IMG/VR virus record: IMGVR_UViG_3300020395_000007
Coordinates: 1 to 60,735 of that record
Strand: one strand, 5' to 3'
Length of the DNA stretch: 60,735 nt
DNA from: a virus
Lineage: Duplodnaviria; Caudoviricetes
Below are positions 46,080 through 55,883 of this stretch, piece by piece. The stretch's first letter is position 1, and each line of letters opens with the position of its first letter. A program made the translations under genes and the position numbers. Below the pieces are notes generated by a model. That model had not been told where the DNA came from. It saw nothing but the letters and a program-made list of their open reading frames with translations, and searched no databases.

Positions 46080-47081
46080 ATGTTTGAGTATTTTTATAAC
46101 GAAATTCTGAGGAGGACAATCATTTCCTTTGGTACTCTGTTTAATGGGATAACCGTTAAGCAGGAGAATTCTACTATCAAAGTGCCATTGGCATATGGTC
46201 CTACCCAAAAGTTCTTGGCAAGATTAGAACAATCACCTGATCTTAATAAGTCCACTGCGATGACATTACCTAGAATGTCGTTTGAGTTTACTGGTCTTAC
46301 ATATGATCCATCAAGAAAGGTTACAACAACACAAAGATATACTGTAAAAGATCCAGTTGATGGTAAAGAAACATCTAAAGTTTTTATGCCTGTACCATAT
46401 AATATGCAATTTGAGCTTGCTATTATGTGTAAGTTAAATGATGATGCATTACAAATTACAGAACAAATATTACCATATTTCCAACCAGCATATAACGTAA
46501 CAGTAAATTTGGTTGGTTCTATTAACGAGAAAAGAGATATTCCGATTATATTAGAAAATATTACAATGCAGGATGATTATGAAGGAGACTTTACTCAAAG
46601 AAGAGTACTTCTTTATACTTTAAGATTTACTGCTAAGACTTACATGTTTGGTCCTGTTACCTCTGCTACAAAGGACATCATCAAGAAGTCTACTGTTACA
46701 TATCTATCTGGATCAGACAGATCTACTGCACATAGAGATGTTACTTACTCAGTTAAACCAAGAGCAGTTAAGAATTACACGGGTAATGTTGCTATCATAG
46801 CAAACCTTGCAAATGATATTTCTCTATCAGATACTAAGATTACAGTTGAGGATTCTTCTCAGATAACTATTCCATCAAGTGGTAAGTTATATGCAGATCT
46901 TGGTGGTGAAGAGATATGGATTAAATCTAAGGATGGTAACGACTTAACTATAGAAAGAGGTCAAGATAATACATCTGCAGTTGGTCACCTAAGAGGAGAT
47001 CCTATTAAGTCTATTACTGAGGCAGATAGCGTTCTTATTGAAGAAGGTGATGACTTCGGATTTGATGGGAGTACATTCTAA
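46080..47081 (+). CDS. gp15: Tail sheath stabilizer/terminator gp15
   Basis: YFYNEILRRTIISFGTLFN; VPLAYGP; LPRMSFE; EQILPYFQP; TAAATA at 46055. Confidence 0.93.
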   Translation: MFEYFYNEILRRTIISFGTLFNGITVKQENSTIKVPLAYGPTQKFLARLEQSPDLNKSTAMTLPRMSFEFTGLTYDPSRKVTTTQRYTVKDPVDGKETSKVFMPVPYNMQFELAIMCKLNDDALQITEQILPYFQPAYNVTVNLVGSINEKRDIPIILENITMQDDYEGDFTQRRVLLYTLRFTAKTYMFGPVTSATKDIIKKSTVTYLSGSDRSTAHRDVTYSVKPRAVKNYTGNVAIIANLANDISLSDTKITVEDSSQITIPSSGKLYADLGGEEIWIKSKDGNDLTIERGQDNTSAVGHLRGDPIKSITEADSVLIEEGDDFGFDGSTF

Positions 47082-47479
47082 TGAAACAACTTGATAAAGC
47101 ATTTAATATTACTCCCGAAGTAGTTAAGGAAGAACCAAAACCTGTTGGTATACAAAAACCAGATAGGTTAACTAAGAATGATGTTGAGAAAGATTATGAC
47201 TATACAAGAGGTAATCTCTATAGTATCATTGAGAAAGGTCAAGAAGCAATTGATGGTATTCTAGAACTTGCTCAAGAAACTGAGCAACCAAGAGCATATG
47301 AAGTTGCAGGACAACTTATTAAGAGTGTATCTGATGCAACTGATAAGTTAATGGATCTTCAGAAAAAACTGAAGGATGTTGAGGAAGAAAAGACCAAAAC
47401 AACTAATGTTACTAACAATGCATTATTTGTTGGGTCTACTGCCGATTTAGCTAAGTTAATTAAACAGCAAAATCAATGA
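47081..47479 (+). CDS. gp16: Terminase small subunit gp16
   Basis: DYDYTRGNL...PRAYEVAGQLIK...NNALFVGSTADL. Confidence 0.92.
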   Translation: MKQLDKAFNITPEVVKEEPKPVGIQKPDRLTKNDVEKDYDYTRGNLYSIIEKGQEAIDGILELAQETEQPRAYEVAGQLIKSVSDATDKLMDLQKKLKDVEEEKTKTTNVTNNALFVGSTADLAKLIKQQNQ

Positions 47480-47736
47480 AGAATTATTCTCAATTTATGG
47501 AGGAAACTAAATCTAAAGATTGTCCTCCTGGTAAATACTTTTGTTTCACTAAGAAAAAGTGTATGCCTATTCCTAAAGGATATTATGTTGGTGCGAGAGG
47601 AAGGTTAGCACACGAACCAGAGGACGGAGACAATGACAACGGAAATGGCAGTGATAATGGTGTGGACAGTGGTAATGGCAATGGCCATAGTAATGGTGGT
47701 GGGAACGGTCATGGGTCTAATGGAGGAGGATCATGA
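47476..47736 (+). CDS. Small Cys-containing, Gly/Asn-rich protein; possible internal head protein
   Basis: MKNYSQFMEE N-terminus; CPPGKYFCFTKKKC; GNG-rich tail. Confidence 0.65.
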   Translation: MKNYSQFMEETKSKDCPPGKYFCFTKKKCMPIPKGYYVGARGRLAHEPEDGDNDNGNGSDNGVDSGNGNGHSNGGGNGHGSNGGGS

Positions 47737-48377
47737 AGATTAATTTACCCCTTAAAATAGAAATTCCAAATACACAGGCAGAATTTGAGTTAGGTCTGAT
47801 GTTTAGGGAAAGTCTAGAAGAAGATACTGGAATGCTTTTTGCATTTGCAGAGAATGGTGAACACTCTTTTCATATGAGACATACTACTATTCCTCTTGAT
47901 ATTGCATTTATTACTGAAGAAGGAGTTATAGAAAGTATTAAAGAATTAGAACCATTAAGATCTTCTCCTGTTTATCCTGATGGTAATATTCGTTATGCAT
48001 TGGAAGTAAATAGAGGATGGTTTGCTGAGAATAATGTTAATGTGGGAGATAATGTTTTTGTAGATGATTGGAGAAATGATTATAAACCAACAGAAATTGA
48101 ATCAATTGATCTAATTACACCAGAACCATTAAGACCATCACCAAGCATACTTGATGAATCAACAAGAATACCAACTGAGATAGGTAATCTTATTGATGTT
48201 TATTTGGCATGGAGAGGAAGAAACTATATGATTAAGATGTTCTTTCCACAAGTATCAAAACCCTCTAAAGCAGAGGTTGTAAAACAAATACACAAGGTAT
48301 ATCCAGGATCTAAAGTATGGAATTATGAAAGATGCGACTATGTTCCTGGCCAACCTTATTTGCGAATAGGTAGTTAA
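47733..48377 (+). CDS. DUF192-domain protein fused to a cyanophage-specific C-terminal domain
   Basis: GLMFRESL..DTGMLF...FHMRHTTIPLDIAFI...YALEVNRGWF. Confidence 0.8.
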   Translation: MKINLPLKIEIPNTQAEFELGLMFRESLEEDTGMLFAFAENGEHSFHMRHTTIPLDIAFITEEGVIESIKELEPLRSSPVYPDGNIRYALEVNRGWFAENNVNVGDNVFVDDWRNDYKPTEIESIDLITPEPLRPSPSILDESTRIPTEIGNLIDVYLAWRGRNYMIKMFFPQVSKPSKAEVVKQIHKVYPGSKVWNYERCDYVPGQPYLRIGS

Positions 48378-48392
48378 TTAACATTCTTTATT

Positions 48393-50045
48393 ATGAAAAG
48401 AGACGAAATATACTTAGGTAATCCCAATCTAAAACGGGCAAATACCCCAATCGAATTTACTCAAGAACAGATTCTTGAGTTTATGGCATGTAGGGAAGAT
48501 CCTGTTTACTTTGCACAGAAGCACGTCAAGATTGTTACTCTTGATAAAGGTTTAATGCCATTTGAACCTTATGATTTTCAACAAAAATTGATTGAGAACT
48601 TTCATGGAAATAGATTTAATATTTGTAAGATGCCTCGTCAGACAGGTAAATCTACAACTGTTATATCATATCTCTTGCATTATCTCCTTTTTAATGATAG
48701 TGTAAATATTGGTATTCTTGCTAACAAGGCAGCAACCGCAAGGGAACTTCTTGGCAGACTACAAACTGCATATGAGAATGTTCCCAAGTGGATGCAACAA
48801 GGTGTATTGGCATGGAATAGAGGTTCATTAGAGTTAGAAAATGGTTCCAAAATCTTGGCTGCTTCGACATCTGCCTCAGCTGTTCGAGGAATGTCATTCA
48901 ATATCTTGTTTTTGGACGAGTTTGCATTCGTTCCAAATCATATTGCTGATTCGTTTTTTGCCTCTGTTTATCCTACTATTACTTCTGGTAAGTCTACTAA
49001 GGTCATTATCGTCTCGACCCCCCACGGAATGAATCACTTCTACCGCATGTGGCACGATGCGGAAAGAAGTAAAAACGAATATGTTCCTACTGATGTTCAT
49101 TGGTCAGAAGTTCCTGGTAGGGATGCTAAATGGAAAGCACAAACAATTGCAAACACCTCAGACCAACAGTTTAGAGTTGAGTTTGAGTGTGAGTTCTTAG
49201 GATCTGTTGATACTCTTATTGCTCCTAGTAAATTAAGGACAATGATTTATCAAGCACCAGAAAAGAGAAATGCTGGACTTGATGTATATGTTGATCCAGT
49301 TAAAGGACATGAATATGCTATTACCGTTGACGTAGCAAGAGGAGTAGCAAAGGATTATTCTGCATTTGTAGTCATTGATATTACAGAGTTTCCTCATTCA
49401 GTTGTAGCAAAGTATAGGAATAATGAAATTAAACCTATGATATTTCCAAGTATTATTGAGGAAGTTGGGAGAAGTTATAATAATGCTTTTGTTTTATGTG
49501 AAGTAAATGATGTTGGGGATCAAGTAGCATCTATATTAAATTTTGATATGGAGTATGAAAACCTTCTTATGTGTTCCATGAGAGGAAGAGCAGGGCAAGT
49601 TGTTGGTCAGGGATTCTCAGGTAAGAAGACACAACTTGGTGTTAAGATGTCAAAAACTGTTAAGAAGGTTGGTGCTCTTAACTTAAAAACTTTAATAGAG
49701 GAGGATAAACTTCTTTCATGTGATTATGAGATTATGAGTGAACTGACCACATTCATTCAGAAAAACAACTCATTTGAGGCAGAAGATGGTTGTAATGATG
49801 ACCTTGCTATGTGTCTTGTCATATATGCATGGCTAGTAGCCCAAGATTACTTTAAGGAACTTACAGATCAAGATGTAAGAAAGAGATTATACGAAGAACA
49901 AAAAAATCAAATAGAACAAGACATGGCTCCGTTTGGTTTTATGGATGATGGTATGGGTGAAGATACCTTTGTAGATGCTGAAGGGGATCAATGGTTTAAG
50001 GCAGATGAGTATGGTGATCGTTCATATATGTGGGAGTATAGGTAG
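48393..50045 (+). CDS. gp17: Terminase large subunit gp17
   Basis: YLGNPNLK; PRQTGKST (Walker A); LFLDEFAF; DDLAM. Confidence 0.96.
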   Translation: MKRDEIYLGNPNLKRANTPIEFTQEQILEFMACREDPVYFAQKHVKIVTLDKGLMPFEPYDFQQKLIENFHGNRFNICKMPRQTGKSTTVISYLLHYLLFNDSVNIGILANKAATARELLGRLQTAYENVPKWMQQGVLAWNRGSLELENGSKILAASTSASAVRGMSFNILFLDEFAFVPNHIADSFFASVYPTITSGKSTKVIIVSTPHGMNHFYRMWHDAERSKNEYVPTDVHWSEVPGRDAKWKAQTIANTSDQQFRVEFECEFLGSVDTLIAPSKLRTMIYQAPEKRNAGLDVYVDPVKGHEYAITVDVARGVAKDYSAFVVIDITEFPHSVVAKYRNNEIKPMIFPSIIEEVGRSYNNAFVLCEVNDVGDQVASILNFDMEYENLLMCSMRGRAGQVVGQGFSGKKTQLGVKMSKTVKKVGALNLKTLIEEDKLLSCDYEIMSELTTFIQKNNSFEAEDGCNDDLAMCLVIYAWLVAQDYFKELTDQDVRKRLYEEQKNQIEQDMAPFGFMDDGMGEDTFVDAEGDQWFKADEYGDRSYMWEYR

Positions 50046-50130
50046 TATTGTTCATGCACTGTTTATAGCAGTCGTAAATCAATATTTTGATAAATATTTT
50101 CAGATTAACTGAGACTCGGAGAACAAAAAC

Positions 50131-52320
50131 ATGGCGACTCCTCAATTATCTCCTGGAGTACTGGTAAGGGAGGTTGACTTAACAGTAGGAAGAGCTGATA
50201 ATGTATTGGATAACATCGGTGCAATTGCGGGACCATTCCCAATTGGACCAGTAAATGACCCAATTGATATAACCACAGAACAAGATCTTATCAATGTATT
50301 TGGTAAGCCCATCTCAACAGATGCTCAATATGAGTACTGGATGAGTGCAGCATCCTACCTTTCATATGGTGGAGTTCTAAAAGTAACCAGAGCAGCAGGT
50401 TCTACACTTGCAAACTCTAATGCTGGTGCTGGTAGTGCAAATGCAACCATGACTGGTGCAGCAAGAATTGACAACTATGACGATTATACAAATAATCATC
50501 AAGATACCGATAATTCTTTTGTATATGCTGCAAAGAACTCTGGTACATGGGCAGATGGATTAAAAGTTTGCTTTATTGATGATAAAGCAGATCAAACTGT
50601 AACTTTATCCGCAATACCAACTGGTACTGCTGTTGGACAGGGTGTCTCAGTTTCATTACCAAATAACACAGTAATTCCTGGTACAGGAAGCACATCTGAG
50701 TTTAGTGGATATATTAAAGGTATTGTTACTGGTATCGATGCTGGTACAAAGAAACTTGATGTTAAGATTACATCAAGAGTAGATACTGATGGCAATGAAA
50801 CAGCAATCGATTATGCAGAAGGAACTAAGTATGCATCATTAACAACTGGTGCTGGATTTAATACACTAACTGTTATTAGTTCTGCAGGTGCTATTGTTGG
50901 AACAACTGCAACTATCAATGCATCGGTTGACTGGTATAACCAGCAGACTCTTGGGTTAACAAACTCAACAATTTACTGGAAGCAAATTGCTCCAAAACCT
51001 TCTACTAACGTTTATGTTTCAGATAGACAAGGTAAAGGTGATGGTCTACACGTCGTTGTAGTTGATGACAAAGGAACAATTAGTGGAATAAAAGGAAATA
51101 TTTTAGAGAAGCATGTAGGTATCTCTAAAGCAAAAGATGCAGTTTCTTCTGTAAATGCACCACAAAAGATCTGGTACAATCAGTTCTTGGCAGATTACTC
51201 AGCAAATATCTATGCTGGTAAGAACCCATCAAGTGCTGCTGATGCATATTGGGGATCAACTCCAACATCAACTGGATTCTCTTCTGGTTGGACTAAAGTT
51301 ACTGATGCTGGTGGTCTTTGGGGACAAGATGCTCAAGGTGTTAAGTTTAGTGCTCTAGGTAATGTAGTTTACACATTCTCTGGTGGTGCTGACTATAATG
51401 CTACTGGTGGAATGAAGGCAGAACTTGCAGATCAGATAACAGCATATAATAAGTTTAGTAATAAGGATGAAGTCGCAGTAGACTTCTTAATCATGGGTCC
51501 AGGATGTGATACACAGGCAGAGTCACAAGCAAAAGCAAATTCTCTAATTTCTATTGCTAATCTTAGAAAAGATTGTGTGGCAACTGTTGGACCACATAGA
51601 GGAGACATTGTTGGATTAACCAACACTGATACTCAGACTGATAACCTGATTGAATACTTCTCACCACTCGCATCTTCTTCTTATGCAGTATTTGACAGTG
51701 GTTATAAGTATACTTACGACAGATTTAATAATAAGTTCCGTTACATTCCAACTAATGCGGATGTTGCTGGTCTAATGTGTCGTACAGGAATCAATGCTTA
51801 TCCTTGGTTCTCACCTGCTGGACAACAGCGTGGTATTATAAACAATGCAATTAAACTTGCATATAATCCAAGTAAAGCACAGAGAGATCAACTCTATCCA
51901 ATGAGGATTAACTCAGTTATAACACAACCAGGAATTGGTACTCTATTATTTGGAGATAAGACTGGTCTAGGTTATGCATCTGCTTTCGATAGAATCAATG
52001 TTCGTCGTCTGTTCTTAACAGTTGAGCAAGCATTACAGAAAGCAGCAGAAGCTCAACTCTTCGAGTTGAACGATGAGCTCACAAGAGCAAACTTTAAGAA
52101 CATCGTAGAACCTTATCTACGTGACATTCAGGCAAAGAGAGGTCTTTATGGATTCCTCGTTATTTGTGATACTACAAATAACACACCTGATGTCATTGAT
52201 AATAATGAATTCCGAGCAGACATCTTCCTGAAGCCTGCCAAGTCAATCAACTATGTTACTCTTACCTTTGTTGCTACACGTACTGGTGTTAGCTTCGAGG
52301 AAGTAGCAGGTCGAGTTTAA
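50131..52320 (+). CDS. gp18: Tail sheath protein gp18
   Basis: SPGVLVREVDLT; PWFSPAG; FDRINVRRLF; ATAAATA at 50090. Confidence 0.96.
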   Translation: MATPQLSPGVLVREVDLTVGRADNVLDNIGAIAGPFPIGPVNDPIDITTEQDLINVFGKPISTDAQYEYWMSAASYLSYGGVLKVTRAAGSTLANSNAGAGSANATMTGAARIDNYDDYTNNHQDTDNSFVYAAKNSGTWADGLKVCFIDDKADQTVTLSAIPTGTAVGQGVSVSLPNNTVIPGTGSTSEFSGYIKGIVTGIDAGTKKLDVKITSRVDTDGNETAIDYAEGTKYASLTTGAGFNTLTVISSAGAIVGTTATINASVDWYNQQTLGLTNSTIYWKQIAPKPSTNVYVSDRQGKGDGLHVVVVDDKGTISGIKGNILEKHVGISKAKDAVSSVNAPQKIWYNQFLADYSANIYAGKNPSSAADAYWGSTPTSTGFSSGWTKVTDAGGLWGQDAQGVKFSALGNVVYTFSGGADYNATGGMKAELADQITAYNKFSNKDEVAVDFLIMGPGCDTQAESQAKANSLISIANLRKDCVATVGPHRGDIVGLTNTDTQTDNLIEYFSPLASSSYAVFDSGYKYTYDRFNNKFRYIPTNADVAGLMCRTGINAYPWFSPAGQQRGIINNAIKLAYNPSKAQRDQLYPMRINSVITQPGIGTLLFGDKTGLGYASAFDRINVRRLFLTVEQALQKAAEAQLFELNDELTRANFKNIVEPYLRDIQAKRGLYGFLVICDTTNNTPDVIDNNEFRADIFLKPAKSINYVTLTFVATRTGVSFEEVAGRV

Positions 52321-52357
52321 TAACATTATCTAAATAAACACAGGAGGATCAAAAACA

Positions 52358-52945
52358 ATGGCCAAGACAAGAGAAAACAAAACTATTTCTCAATTTAAGG
52401 GTGCTCTCATCGGTGGCGGTGCAAGACCTAATCTGTTCGAGGTAGAGTTAACTACTCTACCTGCAGGGATACAGTGGAATGCAGACAGCTTTAGATATAT
52501 GTGTAAAGCTGCATCATTACCTGCTTCTAATATAGCAGCAATTGATGTTCCATTTAGAGGTCGTATTTTCAAGGTTGCTGGAGACAGAACATTTGATACA
52601 TGGACTGTAACTATCATCAACGACGAAGGATTTATCCTTAGAACTGCGATGGAAGAGTGGATGAATCAAATTTCTAAGTTAGAAAATAACTTGGGTGCTA
52701 CTCAACCACAGTCTTATATGACTAATGCTAAGGTATTCCAACTTGGTAGAGGTTCTAAGACAAGCAGTGAAGATAACACTGGTGAGAAGAATACAGTTCT
52801 TAGAGAATACGAATTCGTTGATATTTTCCCAACGAATATATCTGCTATTGACTTATCTTACGAATCAAGCGATACTATAGAAGAATTCACAGTTGAATTC
52901 CAAGTTCAATCCTTCAGTCTTGCTGGAAACGGTCAAGCCGACTAG
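52358..52945 (+). CDS. gp19: Tail tube protein gp19
   Basis: GGARPNLFEV; VPFRGRIFKVAGDRTFDTWTVT; TAAATA at 52331. Confidence 0.95.
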   Translation: MAKTRENKTISQFKGALIGGGARPNLFEVELTTLPAGIQWNADSFRYMCKAASLPASNIAAIDVPFRGRIFKVAGDRTFDTWTVTIINDEGFILRTAMEEWMNQISKLENNLGATQPQSYMTNAKVFQLGRGSKTSSEDNTGEKNTVLREYEFVDIFPTNISAIDLSYESSDTIEEFTVEFQVQSFSLAGNGQAD

Positions 52946-52977
52946 CATAAATAGTAAGAAGGAAAATTAAATAAATC

Positions 52978-54648
52978 ATGGCTAAGCTATTTGGGTTCTC
53001 TATTGAGGACACAGAACCACTATCACCTAATGCGGTTTCCCCCGTCGCTCCTAATGATGAGGACGGGGTTGACCATTACATGAGTAGTGGTTTTTTTGGT
53101 TCTTATGTTGACTTAGAAGGTGTCTACCGAACTGAGTTTGAGTTAATTAAAAGATATAGAGAAATGGCACTTCATCCAGAAGCGGATAGTGCTATTGAAG
53201 ATATTGTGAATGAAGCAGTTGTTTCAGACTCAAATGATGTTCCTGTAGAAATAGAACTTTCCAATCTTAATGCTAGTGATGGTATTAAGAAGAAAATAAG
53301 ATCAGAATTTAAGTATATTCTTGATCTTTTAGACTTTGGTAAAAAATCTCACGAAATTTATCGTAACTGGTATATTGATGGAAGGATTTATTACCATAAG
53401 GTTATTGACTTAAAGAGACCACAAGATGGCATCCTGGATTTGCGTTATATTGACGCAATGAAGATGCGTTATGTTAGACAAGAGAAGAAGCAAGAAAAGG
53501 ATAAGTACTTTAATATGAATAATAGATCTGGTGATAATCCAATGGATTATAAGTGGCCAGAGTTAGAAGAGTACTTTATATACAATCCAAAGCAACAATA
53601 TCCAACAGGAAATATAAATGCAACAGGTGCAAGTCAAGGAATTAAGCTAGCGAAAGATGCAGTAACATACTGTACATCAGGTTTAGTAGATAGAAATAAA
53701 GGAAATACCCTATCTTATTTGCACAAAGCAATCAAATCTATCAATCAGTTGAGAATGATTGAGGATTCTCTAGTAATATACAGACTATCTCGTGCTCCAG
53801 AAAGAAGAATTTTCTACATAGATGTAGGTAATTTACCTAAAGTAAAAGCAGAGCAATATCTCAGAGATGTGATGATGCGATATCGTAACAAACTTGTATA
53901 CGACGCTCAAACAGGAGAAGTACGTGATGACAAAAAGTACATGGCGATGCTGGAAGATTTCTGGCTCCCTCGGAGAGAAGGAGGACGTGGTACTGAGATT
54001 TCTACTCTTCCAGGAGGTCAAAACCTGGGTGAGATCACGGACATCGAGTACTTCAAGAAAAAATTATACCGTTCCCTCAACGTACCTCCATCAAGAATGG
54101 ACGGGGAAGGAGGATTTAACCTCGGAAGATCCTCAGAAATCTTAAGAGATGAACTTAAGTTTACTAAGTTTGTAGCACGTTTGAGAAAGAGATTCTCAAA
54201 AATGTTTGATGATATGCTTAAGACACAGTTAATTCTTAAGAACATATGCACCCCAGAAGACTGGGAAATTATGAGTGAACATATACAATATGACTTCTTA
54301 TATGATAATCATTTCTCAGAACTTAAAGAATCTGAGTTATTAAATGAAAGAATTACTACAGTACAAGCAGCAGAACCATATGTTGGAACATATTTCTCCC
54401 AGGATTATGTAAGACGTAAGATTCTTAGACAAACTGATGAGGAGATTCTTGAACAGGATAAGTTAATAAAGAAGGAAATTAAGGATGGAACTATACCTGA
54501 TCCATCAATTCCAGTAGATCCTGAGACTGGAATGCCATTAGATCAAAGTGCAGCAGGAATGGATCTAGGTGCTCCAGTTATGGAACCTAACCTTGATGGC
54601 ACTAAGGATGGTGGTATGACTCAACTGCCCAAGGGTGGAGAGATATAA
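52978..54648 (+). CDS. gp20: Portal vertex protein gp20
   Basis: YRLSRAPERRIFYIDVGNLPK; EDFWLPRREGGRGTEISTLPGG. Confidence 0.97.
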   Translation: MAKLFGFSIEDTEPLSPNAVSPVAPNDEDGVDHYMSSGFFGSYVDLEGVYRTEFELIKRYREMALHPEADSAIEDIVNEAVVSDSNDVPVEIELSNLNASDGIKKKIRSEFKYILDLLDFGKKSHEIYRNWYIDGRIYYHKVIDLKRPQDGILDLRYIDAMKMRYVRQEKKQEKDKYFNMNNRSGDNPMDYKWPELEEYFIYNPKQQYPTGNINATGASQGIKLAKDAVTYCTSGLVDRNKGNTLSYLHKAIKSINQLRMIEDSLVIYRLSRAPERRIFYIDVGNLPKVKAEQYLRDVMMRYRNKLVYDAQTGEVRDDKKYMAMLEDFWLPRREGGRGTEISTLPGGQNLGEITDIEYFKKKLYRSLNVPPSRMDGEGGFNLGRSSEILRDELKFTKFVARLRKRFSKMFDDMLKTQLILKNICTPEDWEIMSEHIQYDFLYDNHFSELKESELLNERITTVQAAEPYVGTYFSQDYVRRKILRQTDEEILEQDKLIKKEIKDGTIPDPSIPVDPETGMPLDQSAAGMDLGAPVMEPNLDGTKDGGMTQLPKGGEI

Positions 54649-54651
54649 ATA
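54644..54651 (+). promoter_or_regulatory. T4-type late promoter
   Basis: TATAAATA. Confidence 0.7.
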
Positions 54652-54683
54652 TTAAGGATTAAACACATTATTTGGAAATTATT

Positions 54684-54866
54684 ATGCCTGAAGTTACTAA
54701 TGATGATTTAATGGATATGATTATTGCTGATGAATCACCATCTAATATAAGCGATAAGATTAAAGATATCCTATACGCAAAGTCTGCAGATAAGGTAGAT
54801 GGACATCGACCTAATGTTGCTGGACAAACTTTTGATGCACAGGATGAAATTGAATCCGAAGAGTAG
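54684..54866 (+). CDS. Small acidic prohead-region protein
   Basis: DLMDMIIADESPSNISDKIKDILYAKS; lies between gp20 and gp21. Confidence 0.7.
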   Translation: MPEVTNDDLMDMIIADESPSNISDKIKDILYAKSADKVDGHRPNVAGQTFDAQDEIESEE

Positions 54867-54870
54867 TGTT

Positions 54871-54878
54871 TATAAATA
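54871..54878 (+). promoter_or_regulatory. T4-type late promoter
   Basis: TATAAATA. Confidence 0.75.
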
Positions 54879-54909
54879 ACTAAATAACTGGATTTTAGAG
54901 GGTTAGACA

Positions 54910-55167
54910 ATGTTAATAAAAGTTTTAGATGAAGAAGGTAATTTATCTTCTGCTTCTAATGTTGACTTAGCTACTGTAGTACGGCTTTATAATGCCCATA
55001 GTGCTGCTGTTGTTATTACTAGAAAAACTTCTGGTGGTGCAACAATTGGTAGTTTAAGTGTTGGTACATTGGATACAGTCCTTTTGGAGAAAGATGCATC
55101 AGATACTCTAACTGCAGCATCTAATGGATCCAGTATGAAGGTTGTAAAGATCGCTTACGGTAACTAA
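54910..55167 (+). CDS. Conserved cyanophage hypothetical virion protein
   Basis: ATVVRLYN...LLEKDASDTL. Confidence 0.75.
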   Translation: MLIKVLDEEGNLSSASNVDLATVVRLYNAHSAAVVITRKTSGGATIGSLSVGTLDTVLLEKDASDTLTAASNGSSMKVVKIAYGN

Positions 55168-55168
55168 A

Positions 55169-55822
55169 ATGAAACTCATCAGAGAAGAAATTGAGTCAGT
55201 AAAATTTATTACTGAGAAATTAAAGTCTGGTAAACAGAACCTTTATATTGAAGGTATCTTTTTACAGGGTAACATCAAGAACCGTAATGGTAGAATGTAT
55301 CCTATGGAAACTCTCCAAAGAGAAGTTGCCAGGTACAATGAATCCAATATAGTTTCAGGTAGAGCACTTGGAGAATTGGGACATCCCGATGGTCCGACTG
55401 TTAACCTTGATAGAGTATCCCATAAGATTGTTTCACTTAAAGAAAGTGGATCTAATTTTGTAGGTAAAGCAAAGATCCTGAATACACCAATGGGTCAAAT
55501 TGCATCATCACTTATTAGTGAAGGTGTAAAATTAGGTGTATCATCTCGTGGTATTGGTTCTCTAAAACCAACCCGTGAAGGATTTAATGTTGTTGGAGAT
55601 GACTTTATGTTAGCAACAGCAGCAGATATCGTAGCAGATCCTTCTGCACCCGATGCATTTGTTGAGGGAATTATGGAAGGAAAAGAGTGGATCTGGGAAG
55701 GAAACACCTTCAGAGAGAAACTTGCTGAAGATACAAGAAATAAGATCGAGTCTCTTACTGCCCAGAAAGTACTCGAAGAACATAAATTAGGTCTTTTCAA
55801 TGAGTTTATTAACTCATTGTAA
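55169..55822 (+). CDS. gp21: Prohead protease gp21
   Basis: LYIEGIFLQ; NRNGRMYP; ALGELGHP; GVSSRG; DIVADPSAPDAFV. Confidence 0.96.
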   Translation: MKLIREEIESVKFITEKLKSGKQNLYIEGIFLQGNIKNRNGRMYPMETLQREVARYNESNIVSGRALGELGHPDGPTVNLDRVSHKIVSLKESGSNFVGKAKILNTPMGQIASSLISEGVKLGVSSRGIGSLKPTREGFNVVGDDFMLATAADIVADPSAPDAFVEGIMEGKEWIWEGNTFREKLAEDTRNKIESLTAQKVLEEHKLGLFNEFINSL

Positions 55823-55832
55823 ATACTGCATT

Positions 55833-55840
55833 TATAAATA
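55833..55840 (+). promoter_or_regulatory. T4-type late promoter
   Basis: TATAAATA upstream of gp22. Confidence 0.8.
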
Positions 55841-55883
55841 AATATAGATTTTAACTTTTTACAGGAAATCGGAGAGAAACCCA

